Part shown: in pieces, positions 17,386 through 27,860 of the stretch
How positions within the stretch are numbered: position 1 is the first letter of the stretch
How the letters are laid out: every line of letters begins with the position of its first letter
DNA from: an uncultured Actinomycetota bacterium
GTDB lineage: Bacteria; Actinomycetota; Humimicrobiia; Humimicrobiales; Humimicrobiaceae
Direction of reading: 5' to 3'
NCBI GenBank assembly: GCA_964415365.1
Contig: CAYPYW010000010.1
Span: 11,071-75,070 of the forward strand
Length of the DNA stretch: 64,000 nt
The notes under the pieces: model-generated
Databases searched by the model: none
Told to the model about the DNA's origin: nothing
Seen by the model: only the letters and a program-made list of their open reading frames with translations
Position numbers and translations under genes: made by a program

Positions 17386-19503
17386 ATGGAGGTTTGTATT
17401 TTGAATTTGCGAGATTTTTTTTGTCCTGATTCCGTAGCAGTAATAGGAGCTGCCAGAGAGGAAAAAAAAGTAGGCCGCACTATACTGGATAGTATAATAA
17501 ACTCAGGGTTTAAAGGTAAGTTGTTTCCGGTAAATCCCAACGCAGACGAAATAGATGGCGTTAAATGTTATCACTCAGTTCTAGATATCCCCACTAATAT
17601 TGACTTAGCTATAATAGTTGTTCCTGTACAGTTTGTGCTGCAGGTTTTAGAAGAGTGCTCAAAGAAAAATGCCAAATGGGCTATTGTTATTTCTGCAGGG
17701 TTTAAAGAGACAGGAGTGGAAGGTGCAAAAAGAGAGACTCAGTTAATCGCGAAAGCAAAAGAGTATGGTATCAAGATACTGGGACCCAACTGTATGGGAA
17801 TCATTGATACTGAATGTCCGATAAATGCAACTTTCTCACCCATTATGCCTCCTAGAGGTAAGATAGGCTTTATATCACAATCAGGTGCACTGGGTAGTTC
17901 TATACTGGACTGGGCAAAAACATATAAAATAGGACTTTCAAAATTTGTGTCATTGGGCAATAAAGCTGATATTTCTGAAAACGATTTGTTTGATGACTGG
18001 GAAGATGACGAAAATACTAAAGTCATTACTGCATATCTTGAGGGCGTAAAATATGGTGTGGAGTTCATTAAAATATCCTCAAGAGTATCAAAAAGTAAAC
18101 CCATAATTGTCATAAAATCAGGAAATACGGATGCCGGAGCCAGGGCAGTTTCGTCCCATACTGGTACTCTTGCCGGTTCTGCTAAAGCTTATGAAGCAGC
18201 TTTTAAACAAACAGGAATTATAAGAGCTAATACTATAAGGGATCTTTTTAATTATGCCACGGCTTTTTCATATCAACCATTGCCTAAAGGTAAAAAAGTT
18301 GCAATAATAACAAATGCAGGCGGTCCCGGTATTATGGCTACCGATACCTGTGAGAAAAGTAATATATTACTGGCGAGTTTGAGCAAGGAAACCATAGATA
18401 GTTTGAAAGAGTTTTTACCGGAGGCAGCGAATTTTTACAATCCCATTGATGTACTGGGAGACGCACTGGCAGACAGGTATAAAAAAGCTCTGGAAGTAGT
18501 TATAAAGGACAGCAATGTTGATGCGGTAGTAGTGCTGCTTACACCACAGGCCATGACTCAGCCTTTTGAAACAGCCAGAGCAATTACGGAAGTAATGGAG
18601 AAAAGCGGTAAGGAAGTACCGGTAGTAATTAGTTTTATAGGAGGTGCTGGAGTCGAAAAAGCAGTGAAATATCTGACCGAGAGAAATATTCCAAATTTCG
18701 ATATTCCTGAAGAAGCAATAGACACATTGAAAGTTATGATGGAATATACAGACTGGAAGTCGAGAAAGAGCTTACCTGTTGAAAATTTTAGTGTTGATAA
18801 AGAAAGAGTTAAGGAAGTATTCAATCAGTGTCAGGCTGAAGGCAGGTCGGAATTAGGGGAAATGGAAGCGAGAAAGATTCTTGAAGCATATAGAATAAGG
18901 GTACCCAGAGCAGAACTGGCTCGTGGTATAGATGAGGCGAAAGAAATAGCAGGCCGGATTGGATATCCGTTGGTGCTGAAAATTGATTCCCCCAATATTT
19001 TGCATAAAACTGATGTGGGCGGTGTCAAAATCGGAATAGAGGATGAAAAAGAGCTGGAGGAGGATTATAACCAGATTCTTTTTAATGTGGGAAGATATAT
19101 GCCGGATGCCAATATACGTGGTATTCTGGTTCAGGAATTTGTTAAAGAAAAAAAAGAAACTATTATTGGGGTGAGTAAAGACCCACAGTTTGGGCCTATG
19201 ATTATGTTTGGACTTGGCGGGATATATGTTGAGGCACTAAAAGATGTTTCTTTTAGGATTGCCCCTTTAAACAGACAGATGGCCGGTGAAATGATAGAAG
19301 AAATTAAAAGTGTCAAGCTACTTAAAGGTACGAGAGGTGAAGATATTTCAGATATTGATAGTGTGATTGAAATCATGCTTAGAGTTTCCCAGTTGGTTAT
19401 GGACTTTCCGGAAATAATAGAAATGGATGTAAATCCTTTGTTTGTAAAAAAACAGGGTGAGGGATCTATTGCTGGAGACGCAAGAATAAGAATAGGAGGT
19501 TAA
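17386..19503 (+). CDS. ADP-forming acetyl-CoA synthetase (acetate--CoA ligase, fused alpha/beta; CoA-binding + ligase-CoA + ATP-grasp)
   Basis: N-terminal CoA-binding DSVAVIGAAREEKKVGRTIL, succinyl-CoA-synthetase-like flavodoxin domain, C-terminal ATP-grasp (GYPLVLKIDSPNILHKTDVGGV); 705 aa. Confidence 0.85.
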   Translation: MEVCILNLRDFFCPDSVAVIGAAREEKKVGRTILDSIINSGFKGKLFPVNPNADEIDGVKCYHSVLDIPTNIDLAIIVVPVQFVLQVLEECSKKNAKWAIVISAGFKETGVEGAKRETQLIAKAKEYGIKILGPNCMGIIDTECPINATFSPIMPPRGKIGFISQSGALGSSILDWAKTYKIGLSKFVSLGNKADISENDLFDDWEDDENTKVITAYLEGVKYGVEFIKISSRVSKSKPIIVIKSGNTDAGARAVSSHTGTLAGSAKAYEAAFKQTGIIRANTIRDLFNYATAFSYQPLPKGKKVAIITNAGGPGIMATDTCEKSNILLASLSKETIDSLKEFLPEAANFYNPIDVLGDALADRYKKALEVVIKDSNVDAVVVLLTPQAMTQPFETARAITEVMEKSGKEVPVVISFIGGAGVEKAVKYLTERNIPNFDIPEEAIDTLKVMMEYTDWKSRKSLPVENFSVDKERVKEVFNQCQAEGRSELGEMEARKILEAYRIRVPRAELARGIDEAKEIAGRIGYPLVLKIDSPNILHKTDVGGVKIGIEDEKELEEDYNQILFNVGRYMPDANIRGILVQEFVKEKKETIIGVSKDPQFGPMIMFGLGGIYVEALKDVSFRIAPLNRQMAGEMIEEIKSVKLLKGTRGEDISDIDSVIEIMLRVSQLVMDFPEIIEMDVNPLFVKKQGEGSIAGDARIRIGG

Positions 19504-19504
19504 G

Positions 19505-20569
19505 ATGGTACCGTTATTTTTTATTTCGAACCAACCTTTTTCTGGCAAGAGTTCAATGTGTGTAGGCGTAGGAAAATTATTTGCTGAAAAAGGTCTGAAG
19601 GTAGGATATATGAAGCCAGTGGGGACATTGCCAACACGGGTGGGAGGAATCATTACGGATGAGGATGCCCAATACATCTCAAGTATACTGGACGTAAAAG
19701 AAGAACTTGAAGATATATGCCCTATTGTACTGACCCAGCAATTCAACAGGGAAGGTCTGAAGGATAAAAATTTTTCTAAAGGGTTTATGGACTTAATTTC
19801 AAAAGCTTATCAGAGAATTCAAAAGGGTAAGGATATCGTAATTTTGGAAGGGGCTAAAAGTGTAGAGGACGGCTATTTCCTGGGAATATCCGCAGATAGA
19901 ATCTGTGGAAAGCTGGGGGCCAAAGCAGTTATGGTAGTTAAATATAGTTCTGAAATCGTGGATCAAATCCTTTATTTAAAAGAATTTTTAGGCGATTGCC
20001 TGGCAGGGATAATCATAAATTGGGTTCCAAGAAGTCAAGTAGAATACCTCGAAGAATTGATAGTTCCATTCCTGGTAAGAAATAAAATAGAGGTTTTTGG
20101 ATATGTAGTCTCAAATAAAATGCTGTCTTCTGTAAGCGTAAAGGAGATGTCCGAACTTTTAGGCGGACAAATAATTTGTGCTGAGGATAAAGTTGATGAA
20201 CTAGTAGAGACATTCATGGTTGGAGCTATGGGTCAGGAGCAGGCATTAAAGTTTTTCAGGAGAAAAGCCAATAAAGCAGTTATAACCGGTGGAGATAGGG
20301 CAGATGTTCAGCTTGCTGCACTGGAAACTCCTACCAAATGCCTTATACTTACAGGTAATTTCCAGCCGAGTAGCGTGGTTCTGGGAAGGGCTGAGGAATT
20401 AGGTGTCCCTATGATCCTGGTTAATTTTGATACTCTTACTGCGGTGGAAAAAGTCGGAGAAATTATTGGTCATGTAAGATTTCATGAAATTAAGAAGATA
20501 GATAAAATAGTTGAAGTAGTGCGGGAGTACATAGATATAAACAAGTTGATGGAAATGTCAAAAAAGTAA
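19505..20569 (+). CDS. stand-alone Pta N-terminal-like protein (AAA_26/CobQ-like P-loop fold + DRTGG domain)
   Basis: ITGGDRADVQLAALETP matches the DRTGG motif; N-terminal FISNQPFSGKSSMCVGVG P-loop-like; 354 aa; starts 2 nt after the ACD stop. Confidence 0.65.
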   Translation: MVPLFFISNQPFSGKSSMCVGVGKLFAEKGLKVGYMKPVGTLPTRVGGIITDEDAQYISSILDVKEELEDICPIVLTQQFNREGLKDKNFSKGFMDLISKAYQRIQKGKDIVILEGAKSVEDGYFLGISADRICGKLGAKAVMVVKYSSEIVDQILYLKEFLGDCLAGIIINWVPRSQVEYLEELIVPFLVRNKIEVFGYVVSNKMLSSVSVKEMSELLGGQIICAEDKVDELVETFMVGAMGQEQALKFFRRKANKAVITGGDRADVQLAALETPTKCLILTGNFQPSSVVLGRAEELGVPMILVNFDTLTAVEKVGEIIGHVRFHEIKKIDKIVEVVREYIDINKLMEMSKK

Positions 20570-20587
20570 TTACAGCCGAAATCAATT

Positions 20588-21607
20588 ATGGTGCAGTTCA
20601 ACTCAAACGGTTACTCAATTATTGTAGATGCAATGGGAGGAGATTTTGCTCCTGAGGAGATTGTTAAGGGTTCTATAGAAGCCACAGCAGCCTTCGGAAT
20701 AAAGATAAAATTGGTTGGAAGCATGGATAAGATTAAGGGAGTGGCAGCCTCCAGCCAGCTAGATCTGAATAGTATAGAGATTATTCCAAGTTCTCAGGAA
20801 GTAAGCATGAATGAATCTCCCTCTGAAGTATTAAAGAAGAAAAAGAATTCCTCAATATTTATAGGCTCTCAGCTTGTGTCCCAGGGTAGAGGGAATGCTT
20901 TTATTTCTGCCGGGAATACTGGTGCTGTGATGGCCTGTTCTCTTTTTAATATAAAAAGAATAGAGAATGTGCACAGACCTGCCATTGCAACAGTGATACC
21001 TCTAATAGATAAAAAGTTTGTATTGATTGATGCAGGGGCCAACGCTGATTGTAAGCCTCAGTATCTGGAGCAGTTTGCTATAATGGGGAAGATCTATTCT
21101 GAAAATATTCTTGGAGTAGAGAATCCAAGGGTAGCTCTTATCAATATCGGGGAAGAGGAAAAGAAGGGAAGCGAACTGGCTGTCGAGAGTTACAAATTAC
21201 TTAAGGATTGCCCGAAAATTAATTTTATCGGAAATATAGAAGGCAGGGAGCTGTTTGAAGGTGAAGCAGATGTAGCAGTTTGTGATGGTTTTGTAGGAAA
21301 CGTAATATTGAAGTTAATCGAGGGTATGGCGAATTTCTTTTTTGGGGAAATAAAACAGGTTTTAACTTCGAGCATACTGGCTAAAATTTCGGCTTTAGGG
21401 ATTAAGAGTTCCTTAATTAAGATGAAGAAGAAATTTGATTATGAGGAGTATGGTGGTGCACAACTTTTGGGATTAAACGGATTGGTAATAATATCTCACG
21501 GAAGTTCAAAGTCCAGAGCAATCAAAAATGCGATAAAAGCAGCGATGGAAGGTTTGAAAATAAATTTGACCAGCAAAATTAATGAAGAAATTAGTAATGC
21601 AAATTAA
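20588..21607 (+). CDS. plsX: phosphate acyltransferase PlsX
   Basis: [32 protein letters not shown] motifs; rpmF...plsX-acpP synteny. Confidence 0.9.
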   Translation: MVQFNSNGYSIIVDAMGGDFAPEEIVKGSIEATAAFGIKIKLVGSMDKIKGVAASSQLDLNSIEIIPSSQEVSMNESPSEVLKKKKNSSIFIGSQLVSQGRGNAFISAGNTGAVMACSLFNIKRIENVHRPAIATVIPLIDKKFVLIDAGANADCKPQYLEQFAIMGKIYSENILGVENPRVALINIGEEEKKGSELAVESYKLLKDCPKINFIGNIEGRELFEGEADVAVCDGFVGNVILKLIEGMANFFFGEIKQVLTSSILAKISALGIKSSLIKMKKKFDYEEYGGAQLLGLNGLVIISHGSSKSRAIKNAIKAAMEGLKINLTSKINEEISNAN

Positions 21608-21645
21608 ATAAAGGTAAAAGATTAACAATAGTAAAAGGAGCAAGA

Positions 21646-21882
21646 ATGGAAAATTTTGACAAGCTTAAGGAAGTTTTAGTCGATGTACTCGGCGCTAAAG
21701 AAGAGAACATTAAAGCTGAGAGTAAGTTTGTTGATGATCTGGGGGCTGATTCGCTGGATTTGGTGGAACTTATTATGGCATTCGAAGACAAGTTTGGAGT
21801 AGAAATAAGCGATGAGGATGCCGAAAAGATCGTCACGGTTAAGGATGCTCTGGATTATATTGAGACTCATTCAAAGAAGTAA
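21646..21882 (+). CDS. acpP: acyl carrier protein
   Basis: [30 protein letters not shown] with phosphopantetheine-attachment Ser. Confidence 0.9.
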   Translation: MENFDKLKEVLVDVLGAKEENIKAESKFVDDLGADSLDLVELIMAFEDKFGVEISDEDAEKIVTVKDALDYIETHSKK

Positions 21883-21942
21883 TCCTGGATACAGATAAAT
21901 GAATCTTGTATCATAATTTTATAAGGTGGCGAAATTTATTTA

Positions 21943-22662
21943 ATGAGTAGTGATGACGAGGTCTTGAGGAATAGAGTAAGAAACTGGTTAAAAACTCTGG
22001 GAATTGATGCCGGAGATTTAAAAATTTATATACATAGTTTAACTCACAGATCTTTTGCACGTCAGATAGATGTTCAGTCGCGAGGTAACGAGCAGCTGGA
22101 GTTTTTAGGCGATAGTGTGCTTTCTTTTATCATTACATCATATTTATATGAGAAATACAGTAATTTGGCTGAAGGAAAGATGGCTAAGGTGAGAGCAGCC
22201 TTAGTGAATAGAAAGACGCTGTTCGAAATAGCCAAAAATGTAAAAATAGATCAGCAGGTACTTTTAAGTGAAAATGAGGAATCCTGTAAGGGAAGAAAGA
22301 AAATGTCTATTTTGGCTGACAGCCTCGAGGCTCTCATTGGTGCCATTTATATTGATAAAGGAATTGATTTTACTTTAAATTGGGTTCTGAAGAGGTATAA
22401 GAAGAAAATTGAGGAAAATATTAAAACTCCTGAGATTATAGATTATAAAACCTATCTTCAGGAAGTTGTTCAGGCGGATTATTCAAAACTTGCAAAGTAT
22501 AAATTGGTAAGATCAGAAGGTCCCGACCATAATAAATCATTTTATTCGGTGGTAATGATTGAAGATAAAATAGTCGGAGAGGGCAGAGGAAGAAGTAAAA
22601 AAGATTCTGAGCAGGATGCTGCAAAAAATACTTTAAAGACACTGTATAAATTGAAATTATAA
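21943..22662 (+). CDS. rnc: ribonuclease III
   Basis: RNase III signature NEQLEFLGDSVL; C-terminal dsRBD; 239 aa. Confidence 0.9.
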   Translation: MSSDDEVLRNRVRNWLKTLGIDAGDLKIYIHSLTHRSFARQIDVQSRGNEQLEFLGDSVLSFIITSYLYEKYSNLAEGKMAKVRAALVNRKTLFEIAKNVKIDQQVLLSENEESCKGRKKMSILADSLEALIGAIYIDKGIDFTLNWVLKRYKKKIEENIKTPEIIDYKTYLQEVVQADYSKLAKYKLVRSEGPDHNKSFYSVVMIEDKIVGEGRGRSKKDSEQDAAKNTLKTLYKLKL

Positions 22663-22683
22663 TTTTTAATTTGGGAATTAAAG

Positions 22684-24999
22684 TTGTACCTAAAGAACAT
22701 AACACTCCGAGGTTTCAAATCTTTTAAAAACAAAAGCAAATTATTTTTTGAACCGGGGGTCAGCGTAATCGTTGGGCCTAATGGAAGCGGTAAAAGTAAT
22801 GTGGCAGATGCTATCTCCTGGGTTCTTGGCGAGCAAAGCCCCAAATCTCTAAGGGGAAGCTCAATGGGAGACGTAATTTTCAGGAGCAAAGATGAAGAAA
22901 TGGCAATTGCTGAGGTATCCCTGATGTTCGATAACTCAAATAAATTATTTAATACGGAATTCAGGGATGTTAAATTTACCCGCAGGGTATTTTCCAGAGG
23001 AGGCAGCGAGTATTTCATAAATTCCTCACCCTGCAGATTATTGGATATCCAGGAACTTACTGCTGATAGCGGGATAGGTAAGGGCTTGCATATTATTATA
23101 AATCAGGGGCAGATTAATGAGATAGCGGTGCTTAAATCCATTGAGAGAAAGACTATTATAGATGAAATACTGGGAATATCAAAACATAAAGACAGGAGAA
23201 ATAAGTCACTGGCCAAGCTTCAAAAAGTAAAGAATGATGTTGAGAGAGTGGATGATTTGATGGAAGAGATAAGAAGAACGATGGATCCTCTTGAAATTGA
23301 AGCGAAAAGGGCCCTGAAATATGCTGAAATTTCCAATCTGCTGAAAAGTGAAGAGATCTCTCTTTTTATTGCCTATCTTAACCGGTTGAACAATGAATGG
23401 GAAAGCGAAAACGAGTCTTATAGTAAAAATAAAGACCAGTTGAAGGAAATCGGTGACAGGATTTTGGATATAGAAAAAGAGAGGGATGATCTTTTAAAGC
23501 TCAGTAGTAAAGAACGTGATGAATTCGAATTATGGAAGAATAAAATTGACTTATTCAATTCGGAAAAAAATAGCCTTGAAAATACTATAGCTCTGGTTGA
23601 GAGTAAGAGGAACGTATTCAGTACATTATATAACATGTTTGATCTCCAATTTACTGGTAATATTGAAAATACAGAAGTACCCCGGACTTCAGTGAAGAGC
23701 GGTAAAGATGATGAAGTTCCTTCCTTACAGCAGATATCAAATGGGCTTAAGAAAATTGATAGCCTGTTTTCGAATCTTTTGGAAGATCTGAAGAAAAAGT
23801 TAAAAGACAAAGATGCTCTTGACTATATTGAAAAGGAAGCAAAATCAATTGTAAAAGAGATAGGGAAATTATATAAGATAGTTGAGGCCGGCTGTCAATA
23901 TGAAGGTGGAAGCAGTAAAAAAGAACTTCAAAAAGAAGATGCAAGGAAAATTGATAATGCTAAGAAAAGGCTTGAACAAATTGGCAACATAAAAAGTATT
24001 TGCATGACTAACCTGGAAAGGTCTAAAAGAATTCGTTTACTTCTGAATGAATTTCTATCTGTTTCAGAAAATATGAAAAGAAGGCTTTACCCCGAGTTTG
24101 AGAAAAGGAGAGACTTAATCTCGAAAAATCAGGGCAAGGTAAACGAGTTGGAGAATCAAATAAATCAGTTAAACATCTCTAAATCAAACGTGGAAAATAA
24201 TATATACAAAATTGATCTAAAGAAGGAACAAATTAAAGAAAGGGTAGAAGCCATTACCGAAGGCATTGTTGACAATTATAATTTATCAATTGATTATGCC
24301 TTAAAGAGTTATAGCCCTGCAAACAACATTAGACAGTCCGAAATCAAGGTAAGAAAATTAAAGAATGAAATAAAGGAATTTGGGAATGTTAACCCTAATG
24401 CAGCAATTGAGTATAACAGAATTAAAAAGAGGTTCGATTTTCTGGCTGGCCAGAGGGTTGATTTGATTGAGAGCAAGAGAAATCTGGAAGAATTAATTAA
24501 AGATATAAATGAAAGGATGGCTGATTATTTCTTTAAAAAATTTGATGAGATCAACAGGTGTTTTAAAGGTTATTTTAAAACTCTGTTTCCTCTGGGCGAA
24601 GGTGAAATGCAACTTGAAAAAAGTGACGGGACTAGCGATGATGAGATAGGCGTGGATTTGAAGGTGGATATCGGCAATAATAAGTTTGTCCCTCTCTCCC
24701 TGCTATCGGGAGGAGAAAAGTCTCTGGTTTCTATGGCATTTCTTTTCTCTATCTATTCAATAAATCCTTCCCCTTTTTATGTCTTTGATGAAGTGGATGC
24801 TGCGCTGGATGATGCAAATATAAACCGCTTTCTGACTCTGGTAAAAAAATTTTCCGAGAAGCAGCAGATAATAATAATTACTCATCAGAAAAGAACGATG
24901 GAAGTTGCAGATACAATTTATGGAGTAACCATGCAGTCCAATGGAATTTCGAAGGTAATTTCAGAAAAAATCGGGAATAAATATGCGGAAGTTAATTAA
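22684..24999 (+). CDS. smc: SMC chromosome-segregation ATPase, unusually short (771 aa) with no recognisable hinge domain
   Basis: N-head FKSFKNKSKLFFEPGVSVIVGPNGSGKSNVADAISWVLGEQS; C-head LSGGEKSLVSMAFLFSIY...VFDEVDAALDD; middle (about aa 330-420) is a short non-coiled loop with no G-rich hinge motifs; conserved rnc-smc-ftsY position; TTG start. Confidence 0.75.
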   Translation: MYLKNITLRGFKSFKNKSKLFFEPGVSVIVGPNGSGKSNVADAISWVLGEQSPKSLRGSSMGDVIFRSKDEEMAIAEVSLMFDNSNKLFNTEFRDVKFTRRVFSRGGSEYFINSSPCRLLDIQELTADSGIGKGLHIIINQGQINEIAVLKSIERKTIIDEILGISKHKDRRNKSLAKLQKVKNDVERVDDLMEEIRRTMDPLEIEAKRALKYAEISNLLKSEEISLFIAYLNRLNNEWESENESYSKNKDQLKEIGDRILDIEKERDDLLKLSSKERDEFELWKNKIDLFNSEKNSLENTIALVESKRNVFSTLYNMFDLQFTGNIENTEVPRTSVKSGKDDEVPSLQQISNGLKKIDSLFSNLLEDLKKKLKDKDALDYIEKEAKSIVKEIGKLYKIVEAGCQYEGGSSKKELQKEDARKIDNAKKRLEQIGNIKSICMTNLERSKRIRLLLNEFLSVSENMKRRLYPEFEKRRDLISKNQGKVNELENQINQLNISKSNVENNIYKIDLKKEQIKERVEAITEGIVDNYNLSIDYALKSYSPANNIRQSEIKVRKLKNEIKEFGNVNPNAAIEYNRIKKRFDFLAGQRVDLIESKRNLEELIKDINERMADYFFKKFDEINRCFKGYFKTLFPLGEGEMQLEKSDGTSDDEIGVDLKVDIGNNKFVPLSLLSGGEKSLVSMAFLFSIYSINPSPFYVFDEVDAALDDANINRFLTLVKKFSEKQQIIIITHQKRTMEVADTIYGVTMQSNGISKVISEKIGNKYAEVN

Positions 25000-25855
25000 A
25001 AATCTAAGCTATATCTGGAATAAGTTTAAAAATGACCGCAAGTCATTCTGGGACGAGCTGGAAGAACAGATGGTAGCCAGTGATATCAGTGTTAATACTG
25101 TTGATAAAATATTGGGAGAGGTAAAAAATCACGTTTACGGTGAAAATGTAAATGATCTTGAAAAGATAAAATCTTTACTGAGAGAGCAAATTATAGAAAT
25201 TCTAAAGACCAATGGAAACAATAATTTAAAAATATCGCCAACCCCTCCCACAGTATTCCTGGTAGTGGGAGTAAACGGGGTGGGCAAGACTACTTCGGTT
25301 GCAAAATTAGCCCATATGTTTAAAGGAAATGGAAAAAAGGTTTTGATATCAGCAGCTGATACATACAGGTCGGCTGCTGTGGAGCAGATACAATATTATG
25401 CCGAAAAATTAGAGCTGGATATGGTCTATCACCAAAAATTTTCTGATCCAGGGGCGGTGGTCTACGATAGTGTAGAAAAAGCGAAGGCCGGGGGAATTGA
25501 CCTGGTTATAATTGATACTGCAGGGAGAATGCAAACTTCGTATAATCTTATGGAAGAGCTTAAAAAAATAAAAAAAGTGATCGGCAGGAGAATAGATCGG
25601 GAAGTGGATGAAATACTGCTTGTAATTGATTCCACCACTGGCCAGAATGCCAGAAGTCAGGCAGAACTTTTTAATGATTCACTGAGTCTGACCGGGATTA
25701 TTCTGACTAAAACAGATGGTACTTCCAGAGGCGGGATAGTGCTTACCATAAAAAATGATCTGGGTATACCCATAAAGCTGGTCACTGATGGTGAGAAATT
25801 AGATAACATACATTATTTTGATCCGGTTAAATTTACTGAATCAATATTCTCCTGA
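24983..25855 (+). CDS. ftsY: signal recognition particle receptor FtsY (NG domain only)
   Basis: GVNGVGKTTSVAKLA, DTAGR, TKTDGTSRGG motifs; 290 aa. Confidence 0.9.
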   Translation: MRKLIKNLSYIWNKFKNDRKSFWDELEEQMVASDISVNTVDKILGEVKNHVYGENVNDLEKIKSLLREQIIEILKTNGNNNLKISPTPPTVFLVVGVNGVGKTTSVAKLAHMFKGNGKKVLISAADTYRSAAVEQIQYYAEKLELDMVYHQKFSDPGAVVYDSVEKAKAGGIDLVIIDTAGRMQTSYNLMEELKKIKKVIGRRIDREVDEILLVIDSTTGQNARSQAELFNDSLSLTGIILTKTDGTSRGGIVLTIKNDLGIPIKLVTDGEKLDNIHYFDPVKFTESIFS

Positions 25856-25887
25856 TTACCGGTTTCAGGATAGAAGGGGGTTTGTGG

Positions 25888-27216
25888 ATGTTCGATCTAC
25901 TGACAACCAGGTTTGAGAATTTATTTTATAAAATAAGGAATAAAGGGAAATTAAGTCCAAGCGACCTGGACGATGCTTTAAGAGAGATCAAGCTGGCTCT
26001 ACTGGAAGCTGATGTGAATTTTAAGGTGGTCAAAGAGTTTCTGGAGAATGTAAAAGCAAAGGCAATAGGTGAAAAGATATTGGAAAGCCTGACTCCTTAT
26101 CAACAGGTCGTAAAAATAGTAAATGAAGAGATTACAAGAATGCTGGGTTCAGCCGGCGGTGGTATTACTTTTGCTTCAAAGGGACCTACAATTATAATGA
26201 CCGTCGGACTTCAGGGTACTGGAAAAACTTCATCTGTCATTAAGTTAGCTAATTTTTTAAAAGCCAGATTCCAGAAAAAAGTATCTATTGTTGCTGCAGA
26301 TGTGTACCGGCCTGCTGCAGTGCTGCAGCTTGAGGATATGGCAAAAAATATAAATGTAGATGTTTATTCTGAAAATAATTCGGACCCGGTATCCATATCG
26401 GTAAAAGGAATAGAGTTATTTAAAAAATCCGGAAGTGACGTAATTATAATTGATACTGCCGGAAGACTACATATTGATGAGAACATGATGAATGAGATTG
26501 CAAACATCAGAAATAAAGTAAGCCCACATCAAATATATCTGGTATTGGATGCTATGACCGGCCAGGAAGCTGTAAATATTGCCTCCAGCTTTAACCAGAG
26601 AGTTGAATGTGATGGAATAATCCTGACCAAATTGGATAGTGATACCAGAGGAGGTGCTGCACTCTCGGTTTATTATGTAGTTAAGAAACCGGTAAAATTC
26701 ATATCTAATGGGGAGAAAATTGAAGATTTTGATATATTTTACCCTGACAGGATAGCTTCCAGAATATTGGGTAAGGGTGATATTTTGACCCTGGTTGAGA
26801 AGGCGGAAAAAGTAGTAAGTGAAAAAGAAGCAAAGAGGATAGAAGAGAAGATATACAAAAATGAGCTAAATTTCGAGGATTTTATAGGGCAGCTTAAGAG
26901 TATAAAAAAGATGGGTTCACTGGATAAGATATTTTCGATGATGCCCATAGCCAATAAGAGTAAAATATTTAAGAATATAAAGCTTGATGATTCTCATCTG
27001 ACACGGATAGAAGCTATGATTAACTCTATGACTGTGGAGGAGAGAAGAAAACCACATATAATAAGCGGCAGCAGGAAAAAAAGAATAGCAAAGGGGAGCG
27101 GAACGTCGGTATCGGAAGTGAACAAGTTACTCGTACAATTCAGTAAGACAAAGCAAATGTTAAAACAATTTTCAGGGTTAAAAGGGAAATTTAATTTGCC
27201 TATTGGCAATTTCTAG
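25888..27216 (+). CDS. ffh: signal recognition particle protein Ffh (SRP54)
   Basis: NG domain GLQGTGKTSS, DTAGR, TKLDSDTRGG; M-domain; ATG 25888 with GAAGGGGG RBS preferred over TTG 25882. Confidence 0.9.
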   Translation: MFDLLTTRFENLFYKIRNKGKLSPSDLDDALREIKLALLEADVNFKVVKEFLENVKAKAIGEKILESLTPYQQVVKIVNEEITRMLGSAGGGITFASKGPTIIMTVGLQGTGKTSSVIKLANFLKARFQKKVSIVAADVYRPAAVLQLEDMAKNINVDVYSENNSDPVSISVKGIELFKKSGSDVIIIDTAGRLHIDENMMNEIANIRNKVSPHQIYLVLDAMTGQEAVNIASSFNQRVECDGIILTKLDSDTRGGAALSVYYVVKKPVKFISNGEKIEDFDIFYPDRIASRILGKGDILTLVEKAEKVVSEKEAKRIEEKIYKNELNFEDFIGQLKSIKKMGSLDKIFSMMPIANKSKIFKNIKLDDSHLTRIEAMINSMTVEERRKPHIISGSRKKRIAKGSGTSVSEVNKLLVQFSKTKQMLKQFSGLKGKFNLPIGNF

Positions 27217-27230
27217 GCAGAAAAAATATT

Positions 27231-27258
27231 TTGCAAGTTTTATAGAAAAATATATAAT
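27231..27258 (+). promoter_or_regulatory. putative sigma-70-type promoter for the rpsP operon (TTGCAA-16-TATAAT)
   Basis: Seen in sequence upstream of rpsP. Confidence 0.35.
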
Positions 27259-27303
27259 TATGAGAGCGTGGAGCTATCTATTTAAGAATTTGGAGGTTAC
27301 AGG

Positions 27304-27549
27304 TTGAGTGTAAAGATCAGGTTGAGTAGACTGGGTTCAAAGAAGAAGCCCTTTTATAGAATTGTAGTGGCAGATATCAGATCACCAAGAGATGGAAGGT
27401 TCATTGAAAAAATAGGAATATACGACCCGAAAAGTGATCCATCCAGGATAGAAGTGGACAAAGACAAAGCTCTTAACTGGATAAAGAAGGGTGCGAAACC
27501 TACAGATACAGTTCAAAAACTTTTTGATAAGATCGATTTAAAGAAGTAG
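27304..27549 (+). CDS. rpsP: 30S ribosomal protein S16
   Basis: TTG start with GGAGG RBS; [42 protein letters not shown]. Confidence 0.9.
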   Translation: MSVKIRLSRLGSKKKPFYRIVVADIRSPRDGRFIEKIGIYDPKSDPSRIEVDKDKALNWIKKGAKPTDTVQKLFDKIDLKK

Positions 27550-27577
27550 TCATTACAACTTAGACTGGAGGTAAATA

Positions 27578-27811
27578 GTGAAAGAACTACTGGAGTACAT
27601 GGTAAAAGAGCTGGTTGACAGCCCGGATAATGTTGAGATTACAGAAGAGGAGGAAGATGACAAAACAGTAATTTTTAAGCTTAAAGTGTCTGAAGAGGAT
27701 CTAGGAAAGGTAATCGGGAAAAAAGGAAGAACCGCAAATGCTTTAAGGGTCATAATGAGAGCTGCATCTGCTAAAAGAGGTAAGTCCTCTATAGTAAAAA
27801 TTATGGATTGA
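27578..27811 (+). CDS. KH-domain RNA-binding protein (YlqC/UPF0109 family)
   Basis: GTG start with GGAGG RBS; KVIGKKGRTANALRVIMRA KH motif; conserved between rpsP and rimM. Confidence 0.75.
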   Translation: MKELLEYMVKELVDSPDNVEITEEEEDDKTVIFKLKVSEEDLGKVIGKKGRTANALRVIMRAASAKRGKSSIVKIMD

Positions 27812-27860
27812 TAATTTATATATAAATATAGATAGTTCTATTTTAAACAGGCATTAGTGA

